The notes beneath the pieces were generated by a model that worked only from the letters and a program-made list of their open reading frames with translations, was not told where the DNA came from and made no database searches. 64,000 nt of DNA from an uncultured Nitrososphaeraceae archaeon (GTDB lineage: Archaea > Thermoproteota > Nitrososphaeria > Nitrososphaerales > Nitrososphaeraceae), in NCBI GenBank assembly GCA_963779615.1, contig CAVZZA010000001.1, positions 576,001 through 640,000 on the forward strand, written 5' to 3'. The position numbers and the translations under genes are program-made. Below, one piece after another: positions 51,982 to 62,513 of the stretch (positions are counted from its first letter, which is position 1; each line of letters starts with the position of its first letter).

Positions 51982-53393
51982 ATGCGAAACGAGAATAAGG
52001 TGGTTAAAAATGTAATCTATGGAATATCAGGTTTGACTTTACTCCTTTTGATAATATCTTTGGGAGCACAAACACCTTCTAGTGCTCAGCTTCCACCTGA
52101 TGTGGATGGGAACAAAACAACAATACAACTAGCTTTGAAAACAGAATACATCAGGGCGAGAATTATGTAAAACTTTTAGCACAAGATATAGAGAACAGAC
52201 TCAAAAAAGTTGCGGCAATACTTGAACTCACAAGCATGTTACCAGAAGTAAAAAACACCTCCTCTGCGCATATGCTTAACGATACCATAGAACAGCTAAA
52301 AGGAATGCCTCAAAATGCAGATATTCCTAAAAGACAGGTGGCCAAAGATATTTTAGGAAAATATGGCGAGTTTCAGGTGGTGTTCTTTGTGATGCCAAAT
52401 GGTGACATGTATATTGAGGAGCCATATTCTTATCAAGAGAATCTCTCTAAAACTAATTTTGCATTCAGGGATTACTACAAAGGTGCGATAAATAATCATG
52501 ATACTTTCTTAGGTAATGTAATAGTGTCTGCTTCCTCTGGCCAGAATCAGGCTGTGATAGCGGTGCCAATCTATTCAGGGGCAAATGGATCATTAACAGG
52601 AATATGGGCTGGTGGCTTGGATTTGAATGATTTTAACGAGAGCCTTCAATTATTGAACCTGTCTAACAATGAACGCATAGTATACGTGGATAATCTTGGT
52701 CAGGTGGTTGCAGACTCAGACAAACAATTATCATACCAAAACGAATCATTTGCCAATCTTCAAGGATTCAAAAATGCCGTTAATGGAAAGTCAGGGACCA
52801 TTAAAGAAATAGTTAACGGCACAGAAATGCTTGTCTCCTACTATCCAATCAAAGCCCTTTCAAGCAATTGGGCAGTTTTGTTAATTCAGCCTTATCATGG
52901 CAATTCCGTTAGCTCATCCAGCACTTATGCATTAACTAATAACGGTATAATGAAAAACGAAATGCAAGAATTGCTGTTACAAAATACATCAAAGTCAAAA
53001 CCTGCTCCTGTTAGACATCCCGGACAACCATCTCATGAAGTCGTATTTGCTCTTCCATTAAGAGAAGACGGAAATGTGTATTCAGGAACAGTGACATTCA
53101 CTGCAAGTAAACCAATAGAGGTAGAAGTACTTCACACTTATTCTCCAAAGGAGAAGCCAGATTCATTACATGGTGAGCCATACCATGCTGTATTGCCAGG
53201 CAATAAAAGTATCGCTATTACTCATCTAAGAGATATAGTTGATGTACCAATAGAGATTAACGGTACCGGAATAAGCTCTGGTTCATTTGATTTTGTAGGA
53301 AATGCACTCGTGTTTCATAAAACAACTGGTGAACCATTTACAGTGACATACACTGTTGATGCCGTTGTCAAGGACTTGAATACAAATAACTAG
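51982..53393 (+). pseudogene. Secreted Cache-domain + His-motif beta-domain protein, split by one frameshift between 52100 and 52168
   Basis: Signal peptide ORF ends at 52170 while the upstream extension of the 52236 frame (ENYVKLLAQ...) is open; FAFRDYYKGA, IAVPIY, YVDNLGQVVA, W.V Cache motifs. Confidence 0.75.
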
Positions 53394-54714
53394 TTAGATA
53401 ATGAGATCCTGCAAGTGTGTTAAGCATCATAGAAACAGTTGCACAGAACTGAGCCCTCATTTACGCCATTTGTTTTGGCATATTCATATTTTACCTATGG
53501 CCCATTAATTTGCCATCTGGGGTAAATTTGCCAGCTGCATATACACCTTCGATTTTCATCAACTGACCTAAGTAAACAATGAAGTTTGTTTTTCTGTAAA
53601 GTATAAAGCATTCTTCATGCAATACTATCAATGCAGAGATAAAAATACAATTAGGTTTTAGGATATTCCTTATTCTAATTTATTAAGAATTCAATTTCAT
53701 ATAACAGACATGATAATGGTAAATGTTTATAAAAAAGGAGTAGTAGTTAATTATTGTTGAATCTTTCAATTTAGGGGTTGAAACGAAAGATTACTTTTGG
53801 GCACCAGGGGAATGTGATTCAAAAATGAATGAATGGATCCTAAATGTGGTTCCCAGTATTATGCATATTAAAAACAGTGCATATTTTGAGATTATTGTTT
53901 TTAATATTTGCTTAAACCATCTATAAAACAATAGGTTAATTGCATTAAATCTGCTTTGTCACATAACTGTGAAATTCGTCAATTTATAATATAGCACATA
54001 TCGGCACAATACGAATATCGATTATTCCCCTTGCGGAAATAAAACTAACACATCTAAAAAATACGAAAATTTGAGTTACGCAACAAATCACATTAAATCA
54101 TTAAATAATTAAATAAATAATCAATTATGTTCAACCTAAATGATTTCGGTTAGTTTATTCTAAGAATGTACCGATATCCTTTTTATTTAAAATATTGTAA
54201 AAGTATTTGCAGTTTGCAATAAAATGCAAAAGTGCTTGCCCAGCAATAGGATAGTGCGACATAAAGAACAACCAGCCTGCAAATGGACATATTCTGATGA
54301 GAAAATACTGTCATTGAAGGATGATTATAGATGATGCATCTTGCTAATGTACTCTATTAAAAAGGGCGTCATCTTCCTCCTTCAATGATTATCTAATAAC
54401 ATAATTACGAGAAGAAGTGATATTGATCTGTTTCAATAAAATAGTTATTCGTTTATATTATTTTCAATCCTAAATAGGGTATTTCAAGTAAGATTAAAAA
54501 TGAAGTGAGTAGTTTTTTAAAAACTCAATTAAATAAGGAGGACAGCTAACTCAAAAACAATAATTTTTTTCTTTCTTAGATGACCTTTTTAATTGTGTTT
54601 TTTAGCTTAAAGGATATCAAGTAATTTGAGATTATTCCAAATAAGTTACATACATATGTTTTTGGGAAAATAGTGCTTACAAAACTGTATAAAAAAATTA
54701 ATAAAAATAAAAAA

Positions 54715-55396
54715 CTATGGTGTTGTAAAGTCTATCTTTGGAAAGGTTATGCTTTCTATGTTTTCAGTGCACCCAAATGCTCCGGTCCAGGTACCCTTGT
54801 TAAACTTTGTTGTGGGACCTTCAGTTGATGTACAGAACACTGTTTTGTCTATGGGGATTTCGGCCACATCAAAGTAGTTTATTGTCCCGTATACTTTATA
54901 TCCGTAAATTCCCGGGCTTTGAATCTGCTTTGAGACATAGTGCCCTGGGTCACCAAACAATTCGCTTAGCTTCACATTCTTTTTGATTTCATCTGCCTGT
55001 GTGATGGAGGAGGCGGCATTAAAGCTGCTTATGCTCTTGAAGTAGTACTTGTCGATTGTCAAGTTGGCGCCCTTCAGCGGCAATTTTGTTGCGGCATCGC
55101 TTAGCAAAATCTCCACATCATGCTCTCCTGTGTGTACGCCTGGGACTACTCCATATGCTGGCTCATTCGGAGTGCCCTACAACCACACTTACGGGGTTTG
55201 CGTTCTTTTGATCAGGATCGCTGTTGTCTGGGTTTATTGTTGTTGATGCGTGTGGGAATGCATATGCTGTTCCTGAATATAGAGACAGTGTAGCAGTAGC
55301 AGCAAGTATTACAGCCATAACATAAAATCCAATGTTATTGGTTTTTAAATTCTCACTCTCACTTTTGGAGTTTTTAATCATTGATAAAAGTTGCAA
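54715..55396 (-). pseudogene. Secreted hypothetical protein split by a +1 frameshift at about 55168
   Basis: Removing one base gives VVVGHSNEPAYGVVPGVHTGEHDVEILLSD. Confidence 0.75.
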
Positions 55397-55518
55397 CAGG
55401 GCATTTTAATACATTTTGAACGATCACTATATGATTTTATTCTGTAGAGCGTTAGCAGAACAATTGAATGTACCGATTTGTTGTAATTCTTAAGTCATAG
55501 TAAAAACAAAAAAAAGCA

Positions 55519-56184
55519 ATGAAACACAAATGCTTGGATCACTCCAATGCAAAAAAGATACTATTACCAACAATAAGTATTATAGCTATACTGAGCGTTA
55601 TTTGCGTATCATCATCGATGTCACCCAACCAGGCCTTTGCAAGCCACAGCTTTGAGCTTGGTGTGTCGGGAAGCAGCATACCTGACAACACCCACATTGC
55701 ATTGGGCGGCATAACGCTGGCCAAGGGCGAGATACTGCCACTCTATGACGCAAGCCCCAACTTTGTGGCGGGTCATTTTCTAGCCAAGGTGCCATGTGAC
55801 TCCAAAAAGGTTCCAAAGGTTACCGTGATAGCCGGGCACATTGATGAGCACCACGACACGACCCACGTTGACAAGGTGCCGCTGTACTACATTTCACACG
55901 CATCGGACCGCCTAAGCTGCACCTACCATGCCCATATCCCAGACCCATTAAATGGTGGCTCACCAAGAGTGACAGACATTGATTTTGTCAACCTCTCCTC
56001 CTCACCTATTGAATTCAACGGTGGGGATGCAGTGGACATCAACGTTCAAAGGTCACTTGGAAGCATAGTTTCACAGTCCTATGAGGGTGATACCAAACTG
56101 CCTAGCACCATAAAGCACGGGAACCCGGTATTTGACCTGAACGACAACAACCCAAACAATGATGGATTGGGGGCAGCAGATTAA
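55519..56184 (+). CDS. Secreted His/Cys-motif protein (LYD..GH..PC..CxYH family)
   Basis: Signal ending AFA; LYDA..AGH..KVPC, HIDEHH..H, CTYHAH, TDI..N. Confidence 0.8.
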   Translation: MKHKCLDHSNAKKILLPTISIIAILSVICVSSSMSPNQAFASHSFELGVSGSSIPDNTHIALGGITLAKGEILPLYDASPNFVAGHFLAKVPCDSKKVPKVTVIAGHIDEHHDTTHVDKVPLYYISHASDRLSCTYHAHIPDPLNGGSPRVTDIDFVNLSSSPIEFNGGDAVDINVQRSLGSIVSQSYEGDTKLPSTIKHGNPVFDLNDNNPNNDGLGAAD

Positions 56185-56648
56185 TTACAGAAACACCGAA
56201 ATACAGTCTTCTCCCTCTCTTTTTTTCTTTTCCGTTTATTGAACATTAAATGTGTTTATGTATAGGAGTATTCTTATGGCATGCTAATTTGGTTTATGGT
56301 GTTTGGGTAAACAGATTTTTAAAAGTTACTAAAATTAGTACTTATTATTACTATCTGTTTGTTATCATTTTAAAAATCATTCACCCAAATAAGAACAAAA
56401 GATGGTGAAGGTATCGCCCTTACCATCTTTTAATGAGAACGCAATAAGTCCTAATTGTTTATCGCTTTCCCGGACAAGGTCCAGCGTAATCCAACCGGCA
56501 TAAGCAATTAATCAAAACTGCAATATAAGGCTCTTGATACATTCGTAGAATGTACAAATCGTTACTGGTAACATTTTCAATTGTTGTGTTGATTTAAGCT
56601 GATGGTCCAAAAAAAACAAAAGGGTAAAAAAAATGGTTGGTTTATGCC

Positions 56649-57290
56649 CTAAGAGGATGGTGTGGTGGTAGCACTAGATGTTTGGTTCATGGCAGCCATG
56701 TTGGTCATCTGACTAACTCCTCCTCCTCTCTCTTCAATTGTCATGCCGCCCTGGCTAGCAGGTGCTTGTGCTGGGTCTTTCATTATCTCGTTAATGCCTA
56801 CAATTGCAACGCTGTCCTGGGGGAATGTTATCTCTTTGTTGGATGGATTGTGCAATGCCAGGTCAGTTATCAGCCATCCATTTGGTCCCATCTCAGAGGC
56901 AAGGTCGGTATGGTACATGCAAGTGACACCGGTTATTGACATGTTGGCAACTGGATGTAACTCAAGTGGTCTCAAAAATGTCTGGTCTCCGGCTATTCCT
57001 CCAAGCACCTGCAATAATGGCTCTGATTTTTCATTGCATGGTATGTTGACCGATACATGTCCATCCATTATGTGAAAGCTGCCTGTGTCATAAAGGTGGA
57101 TGTGGGCTCCTGCTGAAACTGATTTGGATTCTAGCAACAGAGTGACCGAGTCCCTTGTAATTACATCTTCTGCCATTGTTTGATTTGTCCCCTGGGCTTG
57201 GGCGGAAACATTGAGCGCCGGGATAAAGGATGACGCAATAGTTGCCGCTAAAACTATAAATAAAAAGTATTTAGTATACATTAATGGCAT
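56649..57290 (-). CDS. Secreted His/Cys-motif protein (same family)
   Basis: HIHLYDT..HIMDGH..IPC..CMYH..ITDL..N. Confidence 0.8.
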   Translation of the reverse strand: MPLMYTKYFLFIVLAATIASSFIPALNVSAQAQGTNQTMAEDVITRDSVTLLLESKSVSAGAHIHLYDTGSFHIMDGHVSVNIPCNEKSEPLLQVLGGIAGDQTFLRPLELHPVANMSITGVTCMYHTDLASEMGPNGWLITDLALHNPSNKEITFPQDSVAIVGINEIMKDPAQAPASQGGMTIEERGGGVSQMTNMAAMNQTSSATTTPSS

Positions 57291-57457
57291 ATAATAAACA
57301 AAGGTAATAAAGTTATGGAAAATTATTCGAAAACTTGAAATTTTTACAGTTTACAATCGTCATATAAATAAAATATTAATGAATCCTTTAAAATAATCAA
57401 ATTTGTTGCAGTCCAGCTGTAATTCAAAAATGAATGAAACGCATTTTTAATTCTAAG

Positions 57458-57765
57458 AATGTCTACAACGCAACCAAGGCGGCCGTGCGCTCTTTTGCGC
57501 CCACCTGAACGGCCGATCTAAAGCAGCGCAGGATACGCGTCAACGCCATCAGTCCCGACCCAATAGAAACACCAGGCTTTAATGGCCTGCTGGAGACTGA
57601 CGAGCAGAAGGAGCAAATTAGAAAGGGGCTTTTGTCCGCCGTGCCTATGGGCGGATGGGAAGTCCTGACGAAATAGCGAAAGCCGCCACATTCATAGCGT
57701 CAGACGACAGCAGTTTCATCACCGGCATTGAGCTGTTCGTCGATGGGGGCATGGCGCAGATCTAG
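57458..57765 (+). pseudogene. 3' fragment of a short-chain dehydrogenase/reductase
   Basis: [44 protein letters not shown]; internal stop and frameshift. Confidence 0.85.
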
Positions 57766-58714
57766 GCGACTTGGACCGCGGGTATTTGGCCCCGGCTACA
57801 GATAATAATCACTAGCGGTGAAAGTGACACACGAGCCAATGTCACCTGGATTGAAACAGACCGTCTTTCCAATGGGGTTTGCCTTTCCCAAGTTTTTGCA
57901 GCAGTAATGCAAATTCGCCACCGCATCGTCGGTGTCGTGCACTGCTGAAAGACCAGTCTAACAACTACAACTGTTCCATAGATCCATACCAGCGGTGGTA
58001 TGGTATATGCTTCCTCCATGGTGAGCGGGTATGCGCATGTCAAAAGCGCAAACATGCTGCGTCAGCCCCGGAAAGAGGCTATGTGAGTGGCAACAGAAAA
58101 CACACCCATCCCATCCTCAACGAATGGTTTTGGCAAATGCCCTGCCCTGTTCTCCTTATTGCGTTATATAAGCAATGTCAGCATAGATATACTTAAGGAT
58201 AATTCATTAAAGATTGGTGTATAAAAGTACACAACTCCCCCCTATACTTATATATAAACATTTTGGCAAGGGTTGGGTTCTCCTTTTTTTAAGTGGGCCG
58301 TGTCGCATAGAGGGATCCCCTGCTTTTCGGCCTCAGCGATGGTTACGGGCAACCCCAAAGCGGGTCATCCTCATCCAATGTGCCAAGGTGAAGGGTGTCT
58401 GTTCGCGTGGAAGGGGAGGGGATTGAGTCCATACACGATTGCTTTGGCATCCGAGGCCCATGCCTGGCGGGTGCTGTATGCAGCGGTCATCCAGAACCCA
58501 AACAGGCAGCAGCAGGAAATACCGTCATGCGCGTGCATGAGGAGGTTATGAGGAGGTTATGGTGACTGCATACATGAAACATGGACATGAGGAAAGTACA
58601 ATGCTGTTAGCAACAAATTGATGTAAGGAGGCAACAGTGCCATGCTGCTCCATCATGTTTTTAAGGGGTTTTTGAAGGTGGTTTTTCCTTTTGAGTGCTG
58701 CCCTAGCCACCGCC

Positions 58715-59995
58715 TCAACCCTTCACGTCAAAGACACCCATCCACCCAAGCTCCGAAAACTCATTCACATGCGAATGGAACATGTACCTGCCATCAAAGC
58801 CAAACTTAAACTCCATTACCCCCCTGTCCCCCTGTCCAAGGGTGACGATGTCGTTGAGGTATGACTCCTCTGTGGAGGTGCCACCGGGATAGTAGTTGAA
58901 CATGTTTCCGTGCATGTGAAAGGAGTTCACCGGGTCAAACTCCAGCATGTTGACCAGGTAAATGCGGTAGTCAACGCCCCTTTGCAGCGGAATGGGGTGG
59001 TCCATGTAGTCAAACGCCCTTCCGTTTACCGTGTAGACCTCATTGGTGTGCTCAAACTCCTGCGGCATGTAGTCTTCCCTCACCTCCTCGGGGGTTGGAA
59101 TCCTGCTTGGGCCGACACCCTCCTTTTCATAGTCCAGGTCATAGCCGTTCATCATCATCGCCATCTCAACCATGTGGGGCCTTGGCGTCTTTGGGTCGAT
59201 GATGAACATGCCATACAGGCCCTTGTTGATGTGCTGGTCAATTGGGGTTACGTGGCAGTGGTAGGGGTAAACGCCATGGGGCTGGGCAACAAACGTGTAG
59301 GTGTAGCTCTGCCCGGGCATTATCTGGCCCCCCGGCCCCTCCATCCCGTCCATGCTTGCCGGGTGGACGGAATGCGTATGCAGTGAGTGGGGGTGGCTGT
59401 TCTCCTTGCCGTTTATGACGTTTATCTTGACAACATCCCCCTCCGTGACCCTCATGGTTGGTCCGGGTATGGTGCCGTTGAAGGTCCAGGCGTTGTCAAA
59501 CGTCAAGCCATGGTTTGCGATGGGTATCGACTGGTTTTCCTTGACAACCAGGGTGAACTCCCTTGTCACCTGCTTTTCACCGCCAGGCAACGTGTCTGTT
59601 TTCACGTGGCCGCAGTTAAAGTAGGTGAGGTACTCTATGGATGTTGGCTGCTTGCCCGTGTCCTGGCTGCAGTTTTTCAGTTTGTCGTAATCCTGAACCG
59701 AGGGCGACTTGGGGCCAGCGCTGTCGGAGGGGGATGATGATGAGGAGGTGGTGGTGGTGGGGCCAGTGGTGGACTCATCGGCATCGCCAGGTGAGGAACT
59801 GCTGCCGCCATGGTCGTCTTCTGCCTCATCCGCAGAGGTGGGATCCAAAAAGCTTGAGGATGCCATTGTCCTGTACGGTGACAGCGACGGCAGCAGCAGC
59901 AGGCTTAAGACAGCCAGCAGCCCAAAAAGAAACCTGGCTGTGCGAAGCAACTTTAACATGTCAACACCACCCAAAAAGTGACCAGTCATTGTCAT
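58715..59995 (-). CDS. Two-domain multicopper oxidase with type-1 site in domain 1 (type C 2dMCO pattern)
   Basis: HSLHTH, YHCH..DQH..GL in domain 1; FHMHG, FHSH with no Cys in domain 2; signal peptide and Ser/Thr/Asp linker. Confidence 0.9.
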   Translation of the reverse strand: MTMTGHFLGGVDMLKLLRTARFLFGLLAVLSLLLLPSLSPYRTMASSSFLDPTSADEAEDDHGGSSSSPGDADESTTGPTTTTSSSSSPSDSAGPKSPSVQDYDKLKNCSQDTGKQPTSIEYLTYFNCGHVKTDTLPGGEKQVTREFTLVVKENQSIPIANHGLTFDNAWTFNGTIPGPTMRVTEGDVVKINVINGKENSHPHSLHTHSVHPASMDGMEGPGGQIMPGQSYTYTFVAQPHGVYPYHCHVTPIDQHINKGLYGMFIIDPKTPRPHMVEMAMMMNGYDLDYEKEGVGPSRIPTPEEVREDYMPQEFEHTNEVYTVNGRAFDYMDHPIPLQRGVDYRIYLVNMLEFDPVNSFHMHGNMFNYYPGGTSTEESYLNDIVTLGQGDRGVMEFKFGFDGRYMFHSHVNEFSELGWMGVFDVKG

Positions 59996-60843
59996 TTGTA
60001 TGGTAACGTTGGGGCTATCTCCTTCAGGGCGGAGATCACGTTCCCAACACCCATTTCAGGCCCGGCGGTCCACACAACCAATGTTTGCTCTGAGTCAGTT
60101 CCCCTTGCCAAACCGCGAACATCCTTGAAGGAGTACGTGCTGTCTATCGAAAATCCCCTGTCTTTGAACTGCGAAATGTATTCATCGGCCTTTTTTGTGG
60201 GGACCATGTAGATCCCCACCGTGTCTGCGTTGTTGGTGCTGCTCGCATTTGGTCCCATCAGCTTGCTTGGCTGATCTGTGACAACAATGTCCCCTCTCAT
60301 GACAAACCCCTTCTGTTCAGCCTCCTGATCTATTTCCGGACTGCTGTAGGCATAACTGCCCACCGCATTAAAGATGGCTGGATTTGATGCGGTGAACTCC
60401 GTAAGAACTCCGCTATCATAGGGACCAGGGCTAACGGAGTTTGGTGCTCCGCCATCCAGTAGAATCTTGTGCTCATGACTTACGTCACCACTAAACCACA
60501 TGACGCTAGTTCCTTTGTTTACAATGGCTTTCTGGGGCAGAAAGGACTGATCAATGAACCTGGCTTCTTTGGGCTCCCCATTGCCGTGATGAGCTTCATC
60601 AGGAATCAATATTACCAGGTTTTTGACATTGTTTCCAAGTACAGCCGTTTTTGTAAGATAGATACTTTTGGCGTCTATGTTTGGCTGTTGATTTTGTACG
60701 CTTTCATCTATCGCAAATACAGGAATACAGTTGTTACTCATCAAAAATAATCCGAAGGTTAAAACAGAGATGAATATTCCAGATAGAAAAATAAATTTAT
60801 TGGCAAAAAGGCCATTTAGATAATCTTTATCATACATTTTCAT
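59992..60843 (-). CDS. Secreted Cys-less cupredoxin-like protein (PDEAHH), copy C
   Basis: LGNNVKNLVILIPDEAHH, GDVSHEH, MRGDIVV, LPYK; ATGA overlap with the MCO. Confidence 0.82.
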   Translation of the reverse strand: MKMYDKDYLNGLFANKFIFLSGIFISVLTFGLFLMSNNCIPVFAIDESVQNQQPNIDAKSIYLTKTAVLGNNVKNLVILIPDEAHHGNGEPKEARFIDQSFLPQKAIVNKGTSVMWFSGDVSHEHKILLDGGAPNSVSPGPYDSGVLTEFTASNPAIFNAVGSYAYSSPEIDQEAEQKGFVMRGDIVVTDQPSKLMGPNASSTNNADTVGIYMVPTKKADEYISQFKDRGFSIDSTYSFKDVRGLARGTDSEQTLVVWTAGPEMGVGNVISALKEIAPTLPYK

Positions 60844-60862
60844 TTTTAGATTCTTAAATAGC

Positions 60863-60876
60863 TTAGGTCAGCCTAT
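60863..60876. promoter_or_regulatory. DtxR-like box TTAGGTCAGCCTAT between a TATA-like TTAATAAA and the copy C start
   Basis: 12/14 identical to TTAGGTAAGCCTAA at 35381. Confidence 0.55.
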
Positions 60877-61031
60877 TTATTAAGGTATTTTTATTAATAT
60901 TTGTTATTACTGAGTAGTAGTATACATAAACCTAAATTTGTTTGTAGGTGTGTATCATATAATAATTTATAAGAAAAAAATTTTGTATGTATCAGACGAA
61001 TATCGTCCATTGGTAAAGCTTTAGAATGAAC

Positions 61032-61722
61032 GGCCCTGTTAACTTAAGCGTTTAGCATTTCCTTGTTATGCATTGTCGCAACTAAGCTGAGCCAGTTTTT
61101 GATATGGATGAGATTGCAACCCTCTTTCTGCTGCAAGGAAAATAGTCGTCAAAGCATTCTGTCATATCCTTGACGCACTGCATTGTCCTTTCAACAATGC
61201 TTTTCTCCAAAGGGGAATGGATATGGTGATTTAGCTTCAGGAAACCGGCAAGCCTGCGGATACCAAGTTCCACCATCCGTTGAAACCGGATGCTTCCAAT
61301 GAATCCTAAAACAAACCTGCAACAAACCTGCAACAAACCTCTCTGCCACGAACATGTTTCTCTCTTTGGAGATTGACAGTGCGAGAGTCTACCTGTCTTT
61401 TGGCTCGATGGCGCCCCACAACCAGATGCATTCCGAATAGCCTTAATTGCCGTCTCGTCAACCATGAATTCAGAAATTCTCTTTCTCTTTGAGGATATCC
61501 TTTTGGGTCGATATTTCTGAATCCACTTCCAGATTGCAACGTGGCTTCTCTTTACAATGTGCAAAAAAGATAACGCTTTGGCTACATTTCTAGTCGACAA
61601 ACCAAGAAAGTACAAATACAAGCCATGGCCAATGTGTTCTGAAGGTATTCTGTTTCTTTTATTGCACTTATAGGAAATAAGGCATCTTCAAGCTATAGGA
61701 TTTTCGTTAAGTTAACAGGGCC
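61032..61722 (-). mobile_element. IS6-family insertion sequence with frameshifted transposase
   Basis: Perfect 16-bp TIR GGCCCTGTTAACTTAA; perfect 8-bp TSD GAATGAAC; LYFLGLS..SHVAIWKWIQKY..VDET..ERTMQ. Confidence 0.93.
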
Positions 61723-61779
61723 GAATGAACAAAAAGTATTCTGACATGTGTTGGTAAATCGACCATTAACTTTACAGTT

Positions 61780-62273
61780 ATGTAAACATGCAGATGCTCT
61801 CTCCATGTAAAATGTTTATGCTCGTTTTGCCTGCATGTTTTTCATTATAATCGCATGCCCAATCGGATACCACTTTACCTATCTCGCGTTCATTTGAAAG
61901 GTGGAGTTGTTAATAGATTGCCTGTGCATCCATAGCCACCTTACCTCTATCAGAGAGCCCGAGGTGATCTGGTCGGAAGAAATACAAATTGTATCCTTGG
62001 ATGGTATCTGGCTAAGGTTTGTTTTACTTTGTTTGATTTGTTTGATTTGTGTATAGATATGTTGTCAAGCACCAGAAATATCTGCTTGATGCTGTTGTCA
62101 TGCTTTTTGTTTACCCGTTTGATAAAATCTAAAAATTGTTCTCCTGTTTTCTTTTTGTATCCATGTGTCCACATTTTATTATCGGTGTGATCATAGACAC
62201 CAAACAAGTTTAGAATTCCATTTGTCTTTTGAGCCCTGTAAACCCTTTCAAACGCTGTCCTGGCAATAGTCAA
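61780..62273 (-). mobile_element. IS630-family transposase 3' relic
   Basis: NLFGVYD, FLVLDNISIH, FVFLPTRSP, then LIEVRW after a shift; ends not defined. Confidence 0.8.
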
Positions 62274-62513
62274 ACACCATGCAAAATGGGGATAGGATCA
62301 TCACAGCTATGAACATTTAAAGAAAAATAAAACAATGAACACTTGTGGTTTATGTAATTATGTAAATTGGTGTACTATCTCATGGTTACAGAAATTAATG
62401 GGTCTAAATTATACGTTGCAGTATTATAAGCCCATTTATCTTGTTTTAAAAAATACTGACTAATAAAAAAAATAAAAACCTATTAAAAAAAAATTAAATA
62501 AAGAATGTTGTTG

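Noticed and set aside
56538-56554. Palindrome TACATTC-GTA-GAATGTA as an operator
   Set aside because: Lies between convergent genes, not at an evident promoter
57762-58600. Short overlapping ORFs on both strands
   Set aside because: No recognisable motifs; expected by chance in GC-richer DNA
58715-59995. Second nirK
   Set aside because: Has HxH motifs for a trinuclear cluster and lacks the NirK Asp and axial Met
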